In this document: in pieces, positions 1 to 7,926 of the stretch
Layout of the letters: each line of letters starts with the position of its first letter
Numbering within the stretch: position 1 is the stretch's first letter
Source of the DNA: a virus
DNA length: 64,000 nucleotides
IMG/VR virus record: IMGVR_UViG_3300027977_000008
Location: 1 to 64,000 of that record
Direction: 5' to 3' (one strand)
Program-made: the position numbers and the translations under genes
The notes under the pieces: generated by a model
Seen by the model: the letters and a program-made list of their open reading frames with translations, nothing else
The model's database searches: none
What the model was told of the DNA's origin: nothing

Positions 1-143
1 TGGAAGGATATTTACTCCAAACCAGAGAACAAATTCAGCAGGATCTTCTCACTCTCATTGATAGTGATGATCAGGAATTAAATGATAAGATGTGCCAAAT
101 TGTAGTAGACAACTTTGACAAATTCTTCACTTCAACAAAATGA
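1..143 (+). CDS. Small hypothetical early protein, 5'-partial
   Basis: Open frame EGYLLQTREQIQQDLL...FFTSTK ends in TGA at 141-143, overlapping the ATG at 140 (ATGA coupling). Confidence 0.6.
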   Translation, partial: EGYLLQTREQIQQDLLTLIDSDDQELNDKMCQIVVDNFDKFFTSTK

Positions 144-379
144 CACTCACCCCAGCACAATTCAACCAGTTCGTTGAGAACTATGTTTCAGAGATTATAA
201 AGGGATTGGATATTGACAGTATGGAAAGTATGCTTTTTGATGTACTCACTCGTGAGTATGAGACGTATACTGAAGAGCATATCTTAGGTGAGATCAAAGA
301 TCTCTATAATGAAGAATACGCTCAGGAGTTGTTAGATTCCGTGGCGGATCCGTGGCATTGCCCTCAAGGCGCCAGATGA
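140..379 (+). CDS. Small acidic hypothetical protein
   Basis: 79-aa ORF, coupled to the upstream stop; E/D-rich. Confidence 0.65.
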   Translation: MTLTPAQFNQFVENYVSEIIKGLDIDSMESMLFDVLTREYETYTEEHILGEIKDLYNEEYAQELLDSVADPWHCPQGAR

Positions 380-393
380 AGGCGCCGGTTTGT

Positions 394-451
394 GTGCCAG
401 TTGAACAACTGTCCACTAAACCTACCAAAGGGGCCAGATCCGGTCTATATT
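394..451 (+). promoter_or_regulatory. Repeated early-gene leader, copy 1 (imperfect palindrome plus -10-like hexamer)
   Basis: GTGCCAGTTGA-N5-TGTCCACTAAACCTACCAAAG at 394-430, then TATATT at 446-451; same layout as the copy at 1378. Confidence 0.7.
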
Positions 452-481
452 ACTAAGGTAATCAAAACACCACTTCCACAA

Positions 482-775
482 ATGAACATCAACGACCTGT
501 TCGAATCTATCAAGTTGACCGAGAAACTTGCTCTCGAAAACTATAATGCTCGCAACGGAGTTGTTGACTATCGCCTTGACGGAGTTTGTAATCATTACTT
601 CCCACAGTATGACACACTTGGAGATCCTTCATTCAAAAATGGTGAAATCGTTCTGACCTGTAAAGTTATCAAGACTGTAAAAGGTCAACTTCGTTATAAC
701 TTTCTGGTGAACGGTAAGCGTGTTGCAGAGAAGGCAATTCCTTCCACATTCTTATCACTCGGTGCCTTTCGTTAA
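482..775 (+). CDS. Hypothetical early protein
   Basis: Likely start is ATG at 482 (MNINDLFESI...). The track's extension to 392 runs through the repeated leader. Confidence 0.7.
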   Translation: MNINDLFESIKLTEKLALENYNARNGVVDYRLDGVCNHYFPQYDTLGDPSFKNGEIVLTCKVIKTVKGQLRYNFLVNGKRVAEKAIPSTFLSLGAFR

Positions 776-818
776 GTAAGAAACAGTTCACTCCTACACA
801 TTCACTCAAACTCCTCCA

Positions 819-1076
819 ATGACTTCTGCAACTTATCAACTCAATGCCCTTGATGTTTCATACAATGGGTGGAACAATTATGAGACCTGGAATGTTGCAC
901 TGTGGATCAACAATGCAGAGGGTTTGTATCATCTGGCACAAGACTGTGGTGATTACGAAACCCTTGTAAAGTGTCTCTATGATGAGTATGGAGTGAATGA
1001 AACTCCTGACGGTGTTAAGTGGAACGATCCTAAGGTGAATGTGGTTCAGATTAACTCTGAAGTGTTCGACTTCTAA
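819..1076 (+). CDS. Phage hypothetical protein (YNGWxNYETW type)
   Basis: Motif YNGWNNYETWNVALWINN, recalled as typical of small phage early proteins. Confidence 0.75.
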   Translation: MTSATYQLNALDVSYNGWNNYETWNVALWINNAEGLYHLAQDCGDYETLVKCLYDEYGVNETPDGVKWNDPKVNVVQINSEVFDF

Positions 1077-1124
1077 GTAATACTTTTCCCGTACCTTCAC
1101 AACAACATTCTCCGCGAACAACTC

Positions 1125-1340
1125 ATGAAAATTTCAAACGGACTCAAACAGAAGTTAGTTGATGATATGAAGGAGACGTTATTTGATCAAATGATGTATC
1201 ACGGGAAGAAACAGAAGCAAGATCTGTTAGCTGCAAAAGCATTAATGGATGAATGGGTTGTTAGTTCAGAAGAGGAAGAAGAGCAGGAACCAATACTTTT
1301 TATTCAAGATCTTCGTATTAGTTTTGAGGAGGAAGTTTGA
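1125..1340 (+). CDS. Small acidic hypothetical protein
   Basis: 71-aa ORF, co-oriented with the array. Confidence 0.55.
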   Translation: MKISNGLKQKLVDDMKETLFDQMMYHGKKQKQDLLAAKALMDEWVVSSEEEEEQEPILFIQDLRISFEEEV

Positions 1341-1377
1341 GATGAGTAGGGAACAACGCCAAAGCAATCAAATCAAG

Positions 1378-1435
1378 GTGCCAGTTGACTAGGTGTCCAC
1401 TAAACCTACCAAAGCACCCCGAAACCTGTCATACT
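1378..1435 (+). promoter_or_regulatory. Repeated early-gene leader, copy 2
   Basis: GTGCCAGTTGA-N5-TGTCCACTAAACCTACCAAAG at 1378-1414; TG-N-CATACT extended -10 with the hexamer at 1430-1435, the same 52-nt offset as copy 1. Confidence 0.7.
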
Positions 1436-1462
1436 GTATTCACAAACCAAGGGAGAAAACCC

Positions 1463-1777
1463 ATGCGCAAGATCGAACGCCAAATGCTCGCTGCCATCAC
1501 GGCTAAAAAAGACTTTAAGGTTGCTAACACTGAAGTGATCGCATGTTCAAATGTCTCTGATGTTTACTTGCATGGTAATTTGATTGCTCGTATCGGTGAA
1601 ACTTGGATCGAATTGTTTGATGGCGGTTGGCAGACAGTAACAACTAAGTCTCGCCTAAATGCAATTCTTTCTGCATTCGGACTTCCTGGTGAGGGTGTGT
1701 TTCAAAAGAACTTTATTTGGTTTGTCAACTATAACGGGTTTTCAATTCCTTTCTTCTCAGGTATGCGACTGAATTGA
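1463..1777 (+). CDS. Cyanophage hypothetical protein (MRKIE...TTKSRLNA type)
   Basis: ATG at 1463 follows a GGGAG RBS; motifs LHGNLIA and GWQTVTTKSRLNA. Confidence 0.75.
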   Translation: MRKIERQMLAAITAKKDFKVANTEVIACSNVSDVYLHGNLIARIGETWIELFDGGWQTVTTKSRLNAILSAFGLPGEGVFQKNFIWFVNYNGFSIPFFSGMRLN

Positions 1778-1812
1778 TCTCACTCCCTAATCCAACATCC
1801 TCTTCTTATCAC

Positions 1813-1947
1813 ATGTTCCAAATCACTTATCAAGTTCCTTACAACGATTGCGAATGGCGTTATCAATCATTCCCCACACTTGATGCTGCTCAGAGAATGA
1901 TTGAGTTCTACAAATCTTGTGGATCTCCTGCTAAACTTGTAAACTGA
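1813..1947 (+). CDS. Small hypothetical protein (44 aa; absent from track)
   Basis: MFQITYQVPYNDCEWRYQSFPTLDAAQRMIEFYKSCGSPAKLVN fills the gap between neighbours. Confidence 0.65.
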   Translation: MFQITYQVPYNDCEWRYQSFPTLDAAQRMIEFYKSCGSPAKLVN

Positions 1948-1961
1948 ACTTACCTAAACAA

Positions 1962-2165
1962 ATGAAACTCCAAATCCTTGACATTGTATTTGACCTGAGT
2001 GATGATTGCGGAGAATACATTGATACTGACATGTTGCAATCTCAACTGCGGAGAGTTTATAAAGGACAATTTTGGGATGTAAACGAAACGAATGAACTTG
2101 CAGATCTAATTAGTGACGCATCAGGTTGGTGTGTTACTTCACTTGCTTATAGAACTATCAAATGA
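1962..2165 (+). CDS. Small hypothetical protein
   Basis: 67-aa ORF ending in a LADLISDASGWCV motif. Confidence 0.65.
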   Translation: MKLQILDIVFDLSDDCGEYIDTDMLQSQLRRVYKGQFWDVNETNELADLISDASGWCVTSLAYRTIK

Positions 2166-2341
2166 AGTATAAAACTTTTATCATGTACTTGACTGCTAAA
2201 GGATGTAGTTTGCATCGTACATCAGGTAAACATCATATCTACATTCATCCTAAGATTAATCGAAACATTGTAATCCCTAAACAGAAAGAAGTCTCCCAGG
2301 GCATTATCTACAGCACACAAAAACTCCTCCAAAACGTATAA
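2162..2341 (+). CDS. HicA-like toxin / mRNA interferase (59 aa; absent from track)
   Basis: MKYKTFIMYLTAKGCSLHRTSGKHHIYIHPKINRNIVIPKQKEVSQGIIYSTQKLLQNV matches the HicA pattern (L-x3-G, R-x2-G-x-H, HP, IP). ATGA-coupled to the upstream ORF. Confidence 0.65.
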   Translation: MKYKTFIMYLTAKGCSLHRTSGKHHIYIHPKINRNIVIPKQKEVSQGIIYSTQKLLQNV

Positions 2342-2344
2342 ATC

Positions 2345-2482
2345 ATGAACGAACTTGACTATCAACCAGACTTCGACTATAATGATACTCGATGGGAAGA
2401 TGATATTTTAACTATATTCAACGAAGAAACTATTCTTGAAAATCTTGACTACCAAACCAATGAACTTCTCAAAAACTTCTGA
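2345..2482 (+). CDS. Very acidic 45-aa protein (absent from track)
   Basis: MNELDYQPDFDYNDTRWEDDILTIFNEETILENLDYQTNELLKNF starts 3 nt after the HicA-like stop. Confidence 0.55.
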   Translation: MNELDYQPDFDYNDTRWEDDILTIFNEETILENLDYQTNELLKNF

Positions 2483-2534
2483 TAATTGTTAAAAGCGCAT
2501 AGTATAATAAAGATTAAAATAAACCATATTAGGT

Positions 2535-2824
2535 TGTGGAAAAGGTTGTGGAAAACTTTATAATCTACTGATATACTCCTAAATGTGATTTTATGCCTTA
2601 TAATGCCCGCTGCCGTTGTTGCCTAAGCGGTCGCACTATAAGACACGCCCATCTCAGAGTTCCTCCCCGTCCAATTATAAGACACACAGCACACTTTTCC
2701 ACAGCAAACTTATAAGTTTTCCACACGTTTTCCCCAGTTCCTTATAAGTTTGCCACAGGGCATTCGTGTTACATTAAGTGATACACAGTGTTCTTCGTTA
2801 TATCTGTGGAAAACTTATAAGTTT
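2535..2824. repeat. Cluster of cyanobacterial-type DnaA boxes with CTTATAAG palindromes (candidate origin or DnaA-binding locus)
   Basis: Perfect TTTTCCACA at 2695-2703 and 2717-2725 (+) and at 2535-2543, 2547-2555 and 2805-2813 (-). One-mismatch boxes at 2728-2736 and 2749-2757. Confidence 0.75.
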
Positions 2825-2888
2825 ACTTATGGGAATGACTTCGCCCTATAATAGACAGTCAACTTACACACCTTCGTTAACACTTAGC

Positions 2889-3050
2889 ATGTCCGTTGAA
2901 CTAATGGTAAATACACTTCGTCTCGGTAACACTGGGCGGGAGATCTTGCACATCCTGGACGCTGTTGCATCCAATGATCAGTTTACCACACCTAGCAGTG
3001 TTTGTCAAGTCGCTTATAAGCAACCCACAGCAGATGTGATCGACTTCTGA
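2889..3050 (+). CDS. Small hypothetical protein
   Basis: MSVELMVNTLRLGNTGREILHILD...; TATAAT at 2847-2852 upstream. The track's longer start at 2778 overlaps the repeat array. Confidence 0.55.
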   Translation: MSVELMVNTLRLGNTGREILHILDAVASNDQFTTPSSVCQVAYKQPTADVIDF

Positions 3051-3059
3051 TAGTTATTC

Positions 3060-3104
3060 ACCCCGTTCGTCATTGTCACTTATGGACAGTGATTTAACGG
3101 GGGT
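3060..3104 (+). other. Long GC-rich stem-loop
   Basis: Outer stem CCCCGTT/AACGGGG; inner stem TCATTGTC (3070-3077)/GACAGTGA (3085-3092). Confidence 0.55.
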
Positions 3105-3462
3105 TCCTTATATTTTGTGCGGGCGATGCCTAAAGCTAAAAACGCTAACTACCCTAACCTACAACGAACCAAAAGAGCGAACAAGATATAAGGCATTTCA
3201 AAAAATTTTTCAGGTATAAAAAGTCAAATTATAAAAATCATAAGAAGGTTTTAGTAATTCTGTAGATCTTTCAATATCATATTCTGACAACATTAATGAG
3301 TAAGACATAAGTAGCAACTTTCTTTTTCTATACCACAATGAATATATGAATTATATTTTTGCAAAATTCTATACAACATAGTTGTCCCCGATTTTGGGAT
3401 CCCAGGACAGATTAAAAATAAAGGTTTACTCATAAATATTTCTAAATATATTTGTACTAAAA

Positions 3463-4227
3463 ATGCATTATAATTTACTATTTAACGGTTGTAGTTTTAC
3501 TTATGGTTCCGAACTTGAAGGTATTAATAACGATAGAGAGCATCAAAGAACACATAGATTTTCTCATTTAGTTGCTGAGCACTATGGTAAAACTTATGAT
3601 AATATATCAATATCTGCAAAGTCCAATGATTGGATTGTAGAACAAACTATAAACTGGTTTGAAGAAGGTAATACTTGTGATTTAGCAGTTATACAATTCA
3701 CAGAAAATATAAGAACTATCATATATGGTGATGGTGATAAAAAAGATACACAACCAAAAGTATATGATATTCTAAGACCAGTATTAAGTACTGATAAATC
3801 TGTATGGGCACATTGTTTCTTAGAGGGCAAATGTATTGAACACCGCATTAAATCAAACATATATTATAAAAACATATACACTGAATATATGGGACAACAA
3901 AAGTATTATAAAAATTTATTTTTTCTTAATAATTATTTTAAAACTAAAAATATTCCTGCAATTTTTTTAAAAATGGAAAAAAATATAAGTGTCGATTTTG
4001 GATGGAAACTTCATTGCGAAAATATAAAAGTAAAAGATATGAAAGGAGATATTATACCGTTTTGGCGTGAAGATAAAGAAAAAATATATTACTGTAAAGA
4101 TTACAGTTACAAATACAAAGAGAAAAAAAATCCGTACTTAGTATTTTTAAATGGAGTTCATCCAAATGAATTTGGTCATCAAAAAATTGCAGATTATATT
4201 ATAGATAATATTTCTAATATATTTTAA
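3463..4227 (+). CDS. SGNH/GDSL-like protein (copy 1)
   Basis: Block I-like FNGCSFTYG and C-terminal GVHPNEFGH; ATAAATA late promoter at 3432-3438. Confidence 0.75.
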   Translation: MHYNLLFNGCSFTYGSELEGINNDREHQRTHRFSHLVAEHYGKTYDNISISAKSNDWIVEQTINWFEEGNTCDLAVIQFTENIRTIIYGDGDKKDTQPKVYDILRPVLSTDKSVWAHCFLEGKCIEHRIKSNIYYKNIYTEYMGQQKYYKNLFFLNNYFKTKNIPAIFLKMEKNISVDFGWKLHCENIKVKDMKGDIIPFWREDKEKIYYCKDYSYKYKEKKNPYLVFLNGVHPNEFGHQKIADYIIDNISNIF

Positions 4228-4229
4228 AT

Positions 4230-5153
4230 TCAAGGAAATAAATCAACAGGGTTTATGGAATGATTTGAAGGAATATTATGATATTTTACGCTATCAATAT
4301 TCCATTTATCATCACATTCCCATTGTTCTGGAAGAAATTTTTGAGTACGATGAAAATATGCATATTCTTGTCTTAATTTTTCTTTAGCAAATTTAATATC
4401 ATCATCAGTAAGTTTACTACTATAATTACCAGGTATCTCAATTTCTAACTTATCAATCGGCACATAAGGCAAATTAAGAAACTGGCACATAAAATTTAAT
4501 TCTGTATCATCATCAGCATTAAAAATTTTTTCGTATACAAAAACACTTGAGTTAGATACTCCCCAAATATCGATACTCCAATTTTGCATAAAATTTGAAC
4601 AAATTTTAGAATAATAATGATATTCTTTTTTATCAGTAAGAAGATGGTAAAAATATTCTTTTGCTTTTTCTTTTCCTGCTACCATGTTACAATAAGAATA
4701 TAATCTTCTAATAGGATCTCTTACCATTTGTATAATTTTAACATCAAAATATTCTGTAATATAATCTCTAAAATGTTTTATTTGATCTAAAGTTAATGTT
4801 TGATACGATTGTGAAAAATCTGCTACTCCATAAAACATTTGTTTCTTAGAAACATAATATTCATAAATTTCTAAAAAATAATTTTTATAATTTTCTAAGG
4901 TTCTTTCTTTATAATATGGTTCAAATGATTTAAACTGATAATTTTCTTTAAACATAAAAAATTTTTCATTTAAAAAATTATTTTTAAATTTTTTTTCGCA
5001 TGAATAATCATTTTGATAAATGTTATTCAAATAATAATGTTCTTTACCATGACCAAAATGAAGTAAGTAAGATTTATAAAAATGAAAATATAATGATGTT
5101 GTACCAGACTTCATCAATCCCGGACATATAACTAATAGAGGTTTCATACTCAA
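4230..5153 (-). CDS. PAPS-dependent sulfotransferase family protein
   Basis: Reverse complement of 5153 downward reads TTG AGT ATG AAA CCT...; the stop is TGA (tca at 4230-4232). It is on the minus strand although the track says +. Contains the 5'-PSB loop PGLMKSGTTSL and the 3'-PB motif RDPIRRLYS. Confidence 0.85.
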   Translation of the reverse strand: MSMKPLLVICPGLMKSGTTSLYFHFYKSYLLHFGHGKEHYYLNNIYQNDYSCEKKFKNNFLNEKFFMFKENYQFKSFEPYYKERTLENYKNYFLEIYEYYVSKKQMFYGVADFSQSYQTLTLDQIKHFRDYITEYFDVKIIQMVRDPIRRLYSYCNMVAGKEKAKEYFYHLLTDKKEYHYYSKICSNFMQNWSIDIWGVSNSSVFVYEKIFNADDDTELNFMCQFLNLPYVPIDKLEIEIPGNYSSKLTDDDIKFAKEKLRQEYAYFHRTQKFLPEQWECDDKWNIDSVKYHNIPSNHSINPVDLFP

Positions 5154-5166
5154 ATAAGAATTGCCT

Positions 5167-5174
5167 TATATATA
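5167..5174. promoter_or_regulatory. Candidate bidirectional late promoter (palindromic TATATATA)
   Basis: One mismatch to T4 late TATAAATA on both strands; about 20 nt from each divergent ATG (5147 minus, 5195 plus). Confidence 0.45.
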
Positions 5175-5194
5175 GAACTGATATAAAAGAAGTA

Positions 5195-5827
5195 ATGCAT
5201 ATCTTGTTTAATGGATGCTCCTTGACTTGGGGAGATGAACTAGAGAATAAATTGGAAGAACGTTTTAGTACGCTTGTTGCTAATCATTATCAAGCAGATT
5301 ATGAAAATATTTCTGATTGTGGTAGAAGTAATGATGCAATAACTCGAACCACGATGCAGTGGTTTGCGAATGGTAATAAAACAGATTTGGCAATCATTCA
5401 ATGGTCAGTCATTTCAAGACTTGAAGGTTATGATGATTTAAATAAAAGGTATATTAATATCACTGTCGATACAAAAACTAAATGGCAAGAATTTTATAGA
5501 AAATATTATCATAATCAACTTGGTGTTGATACACTATTCAAAAATTATTATTTGTTAGAAAATTTTTTCATTCAAAACAATATACCATACTTATTTCTTA
5601 TTCATGATTGTTGGGATAATACTGTTAAAAATACAAATAGTGTTTGGAAGGATTTTATTATAAAAAAAGATTTTCATATTTTACGTGATAATTTACGTGA
5701 TAATTTATGTGATAAAGAAAATATTTTAGACGTTGATATTCATATCAGACCAAACAAAGGTCATCCAAATCCATTAGGTCATCGTACAATAGCAGATTAT
5801 GTTATAGATACTATTGGAACTCTCTAA
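5195..5827 (+). CDS. SGNH/GDSL-like protein (copy 2, paralogue of 3463)
   Basis: FNGCSLTWG, RFSTLVANHY, GRSND and GHPNPLGH align by eye with copy 1. Confidence 0.75.
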   Translation: MHILFNGCSLTWGDELENKLEERFSTLVANHYQADYENISDCGRSNDAITRTTMQWFANGNKTDLAIIQWSVISRLEGYDDLNKRYINITVDTKTKWQEFYRKYYHNQLGVDTLFKNYYLLENFFIQNNIPYLFLIHDCWDNTVKNTNSVWKDFIIKKDFHILRDNLRDNLCDKENILDVDIHIRPNKGHPNPLGHRTIADYVIDTIGTL

Positions 5828-5836
5828 TAGAAATAA

Positions 5837-6226
5837 ATGTTACTCTCTTCTCCAGATGAGTATCTTTATCAATTACAAGCGAATAATAAAGCAGACGCAA
5901 TAAGATTATGGAGAAAAGCAATAAAGGAAACATGGAATACTTGTTGCGCGTATTGCGGTGAAAATAAAGATCTAATGACGATTGATCATATTATCCCACA
6001 ATCCTTAGGTGGCACAAATGAATTAATGAACGTTGTTTGTTGTTGTGAAGATTGTAACCGCGATAAGTCTCATACCGAAGTTGAGATCTGGTATTTTCAA
6101 CAATATTTTTTTGATCAAGAACGTTGGAATAAAATAGAAGAATGGCGAACACCAAAAACAATAGGTTCAAAGAAGAGATATATAAGAGGTAAGAATGGAA
6201 CTTCTACAAGATCAGTAATGCGATGA
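5837..6226 (+). CDS. HNH endonuclease
   Basis: CAYCG...TIDHIIPQSLGG...N...CEDCNRDK. Confidence 0.9.
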   Translation: MLLSSPDEYLYQLQANNKADAIRLWRKAIKETWNTCCAYCGENKDLMTIDHIIPQSLGGTNELMNVVCCCEDCNRDKSHTEVEIWYFQQYFFDQERWNKIEEWRTPKTIGSKKRYIRGKNGTSTRSVMR

Positions 6227-6381
6227 ATTATAACGTATACATCAATCAAATGATTGCATTTAAAAATCTTACAAAAGAAGATGCTGAACAGCGTGCAAAA
6301 GAAATTCAGCAGATGATCTTTGCTGGTATTCCTACTCAATATACAGTTAAACAAATTAAAGTTTTGGAAATTAAATTATGA
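6223..6381 (+). CDS. Small hypothetical protein (52 aa; absent from track)
   Basis: MNYNVYINQMIAFKNLTKEDAEQRAKEIQ...; ATGA-coupled on both sides. Confidence 0.6.
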   Translation: MNYNVYINQMIAFKNLTKEDAEQRAKEIQQMIFAGIPTQYTVKQIKVLEIKL

Positions 6382-6473
6382 ACCCTATTGCAAAACTTAT
6401 TATATGGATCAAAGGTGAATATAAGTTATGGAAACTTCGCAGGGAAGATCCTTACATTTATGAAGATGATTGA
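6378..6473 (+). CDS. 31-aa peptide ending in DPYIY, directly upstream of the carbamoyltransferase (SxtK/DUF5989-like motif)
   Basis: MNPIAKLIIWIKGEYKLWKLRREDPYIYEDD; stop lies 2 nt before the carbamoyltransferase ATG. Confidence 0.55.
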   Translation: MNPIAKLIIWIKGEYKLWKLRREDPYIYEDD

Positions 6474-6475
6474 TC

Positions 6476-7861
6476 ATGATTGGAATAAGTGAAGGTTTTC
6501 ATGATGCTGCAATATCAGTAGTTAATGCTGGTAAGATTAAGTTTGCTGCCCATGCAGAACGTTATTCTAGGGTAAAGCACGATAAGCATTTAAATCTATC
6601 AGTATGTGCAGAAGCATTACGTTATACTGAAGATGATATTGTTGCATTCTATGAACGTCCTTGGTTAAAGCGTACTCGTCATTTTTTTGCAGGACAGTAT
6701 AAGAGTGCATTCAAAGAAAGAAATATCTATCTCACCCCAAATCGATATTATTCACATCATCTCTCCCATGTTGCTGCAGCATTTCAGACATCACCATATT
6801 CAGATGCTGCATGTGTTGTCGTAGACAGTATTGGTGAGTGGGACACTGCTTCAATCTGGCACGCTCAGATGGTGGAGGGATGTGCTAAGTATAAGAAAGT
6901 ATGGTCTAAGAAATATCCAAATTCTATTGGTCTATGGTATTCTTCTTATACAAAATGGGCAGGTTTAAAACCCTTAGACGAAGAATACATCTTTATGGGT
7001 ATGGCAGCATTTGGTAAACCCTTATACGTCGAGCAAGCGCGTAAACTTCTCTCTAGAAATAACCACAAAGGCTTTCCCATCTCTATTGAAGGAAATCCAG
7101 AAGACAACTCAAAAAGCGCCGAGATTGTTCTCCATGAGGAACTGAGAAAAATTTTCAATAGGGCAAGGACAATTAGTAATAATATTTGTTATGGTGGAGG
7201 AGTTGCTCTAAATTGTGTGGTGAACGCTAAGTTACAAAAAGAACATCCGTTTATGTGGATTATGCCTAATCCAGGAGATGCTGGAGCTTCTTTAGGGGCG
7301 GCTTTGTTATCTTATGGTGGTAAAGTCATCTTCACCCCATATTTGGGTGAAACCATTCAAAAAACGATTGATCCAAAAGAAGTTGTTGACGCATTGCTTC
7401 ACAAAGGCATGTGTGGAATTGCGAATGGTCCTGCCGAGTTTGGACCACGGGCTTTGGGTAATAGAAGTCTTCTAGCGGATCCTAGGACGATTCAGATGAA
7501 GGATTTAGTCAATACCATTAAGAAGAGACAAAGGTTTCGTCCATTTGCCCCTGCCATATTAGAAGAACATTGTCAGGACTATTTTCGTATGCCACCAGAC
7601 AGTCGCTATATGTCCTTTGTATACGACTGTAAGCGTCCTGATGAGATCCCAGCATGTGTTCATGTAGATAATACCGCTAGGGTTCAAACAGTTCCTACAT
7701 GGTCTTCCAGCGTCCTTAGAGAAATACTTGAATGTTGGTATGAACGCACTGGATGCCCAGTTCTTCTTAATACATCATTAAATATTCGTGGTATGCCAAT
7801 TGTCAATACTTGGCAAGATGCTCAAGATTTTTCCAAAACTTATCTAGTTGACATATTCTAA
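6476..7861 (+). CDS. O-carbamoyltransferase (NodU/CmcH family)
   Basis: HDAA, ERYSRVKH, HHLSH, GGVALN, EFGPRALGNRS, RPFAP, HVDNTARVQTV and LNTSLN motifs. Confidence 0.93.
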   Translation: MIGISEGFHDAAISVVNAGKIKFAAHAERYSRVKHDKHLNLSVCAEALRYTEDDIVAFYERPWLKRTRHFFAGQYKSAFKERNIYLTPNRYYSHHLSHVAAAFQTSPYSDAACVVVDSIGEWDTASIWHAQMVEGCAKYKKVWSKKYPNSIGLWYSSYTKWAGLKPLDEEYIFMGMAAFGKPLYVEQARKLLSRNNHKGFPISIEGNPEDNSKSAEIVLHEELRKIFNRARTISNNICYGGGVALNCVVNAKLQKEHPFMWIMPNPGDAGASLGAALLSYGGKVIFTPYLGETIQKTIDPKEVVDALLHKGMCGIANGPAEFGPRALGNRSLLADPRTIQMKDLVNTIKKRQRFRPFAPAILEEHCQDYFRMPPDSRYMSFVYDCKRPDEIPACVHVDNTARVQTVPTWSSSVLREILECWYERTGCPVLLNTSLNIRGMPIVNTWQDAQDFSKTYLVDIF

Positions 7862-7876
7862 ATACCGTGGTATCAT
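7848..7876 (+). promoter_or_regulatory. Sigma70-type promoter with embedded late-type CTAAATA
   Basis: TTGACA (7848-7853)-17 nt-TATCAT (7871-7876), TG-extended. Confidence 0.65.
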
Positions 7877-7926
7877 GCCTTTGGGTGATACCCGTTTACG
7901 TAAACAAATCAAATTGAAGTATATTT

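Noticed and set aside
392-1462. N-terminal extensions of the ORFs at 392 and 1385 sharing CPLNLPK
   Set aside because: The similarity comes from translating the repeated DNA leader; better ATG starts lie at 482 and 1463.
2535-2824. CRISPR array interpretation of the repeats
   Set aside because: The repeats are 9-20 nt, in both orientations and irregularly spaced; no cas genes are present.
2778-2888. Extended GTG start for the 2889-3050 ORF
   Set aside because: It runs through a DnaA box, the palindrome and the TATAAT element.
4230-5153. Track annotation of the 307-aa ORF as + strand
   Set aside because: The plus strand does not encode that protein; the translation matches the reverse complement.
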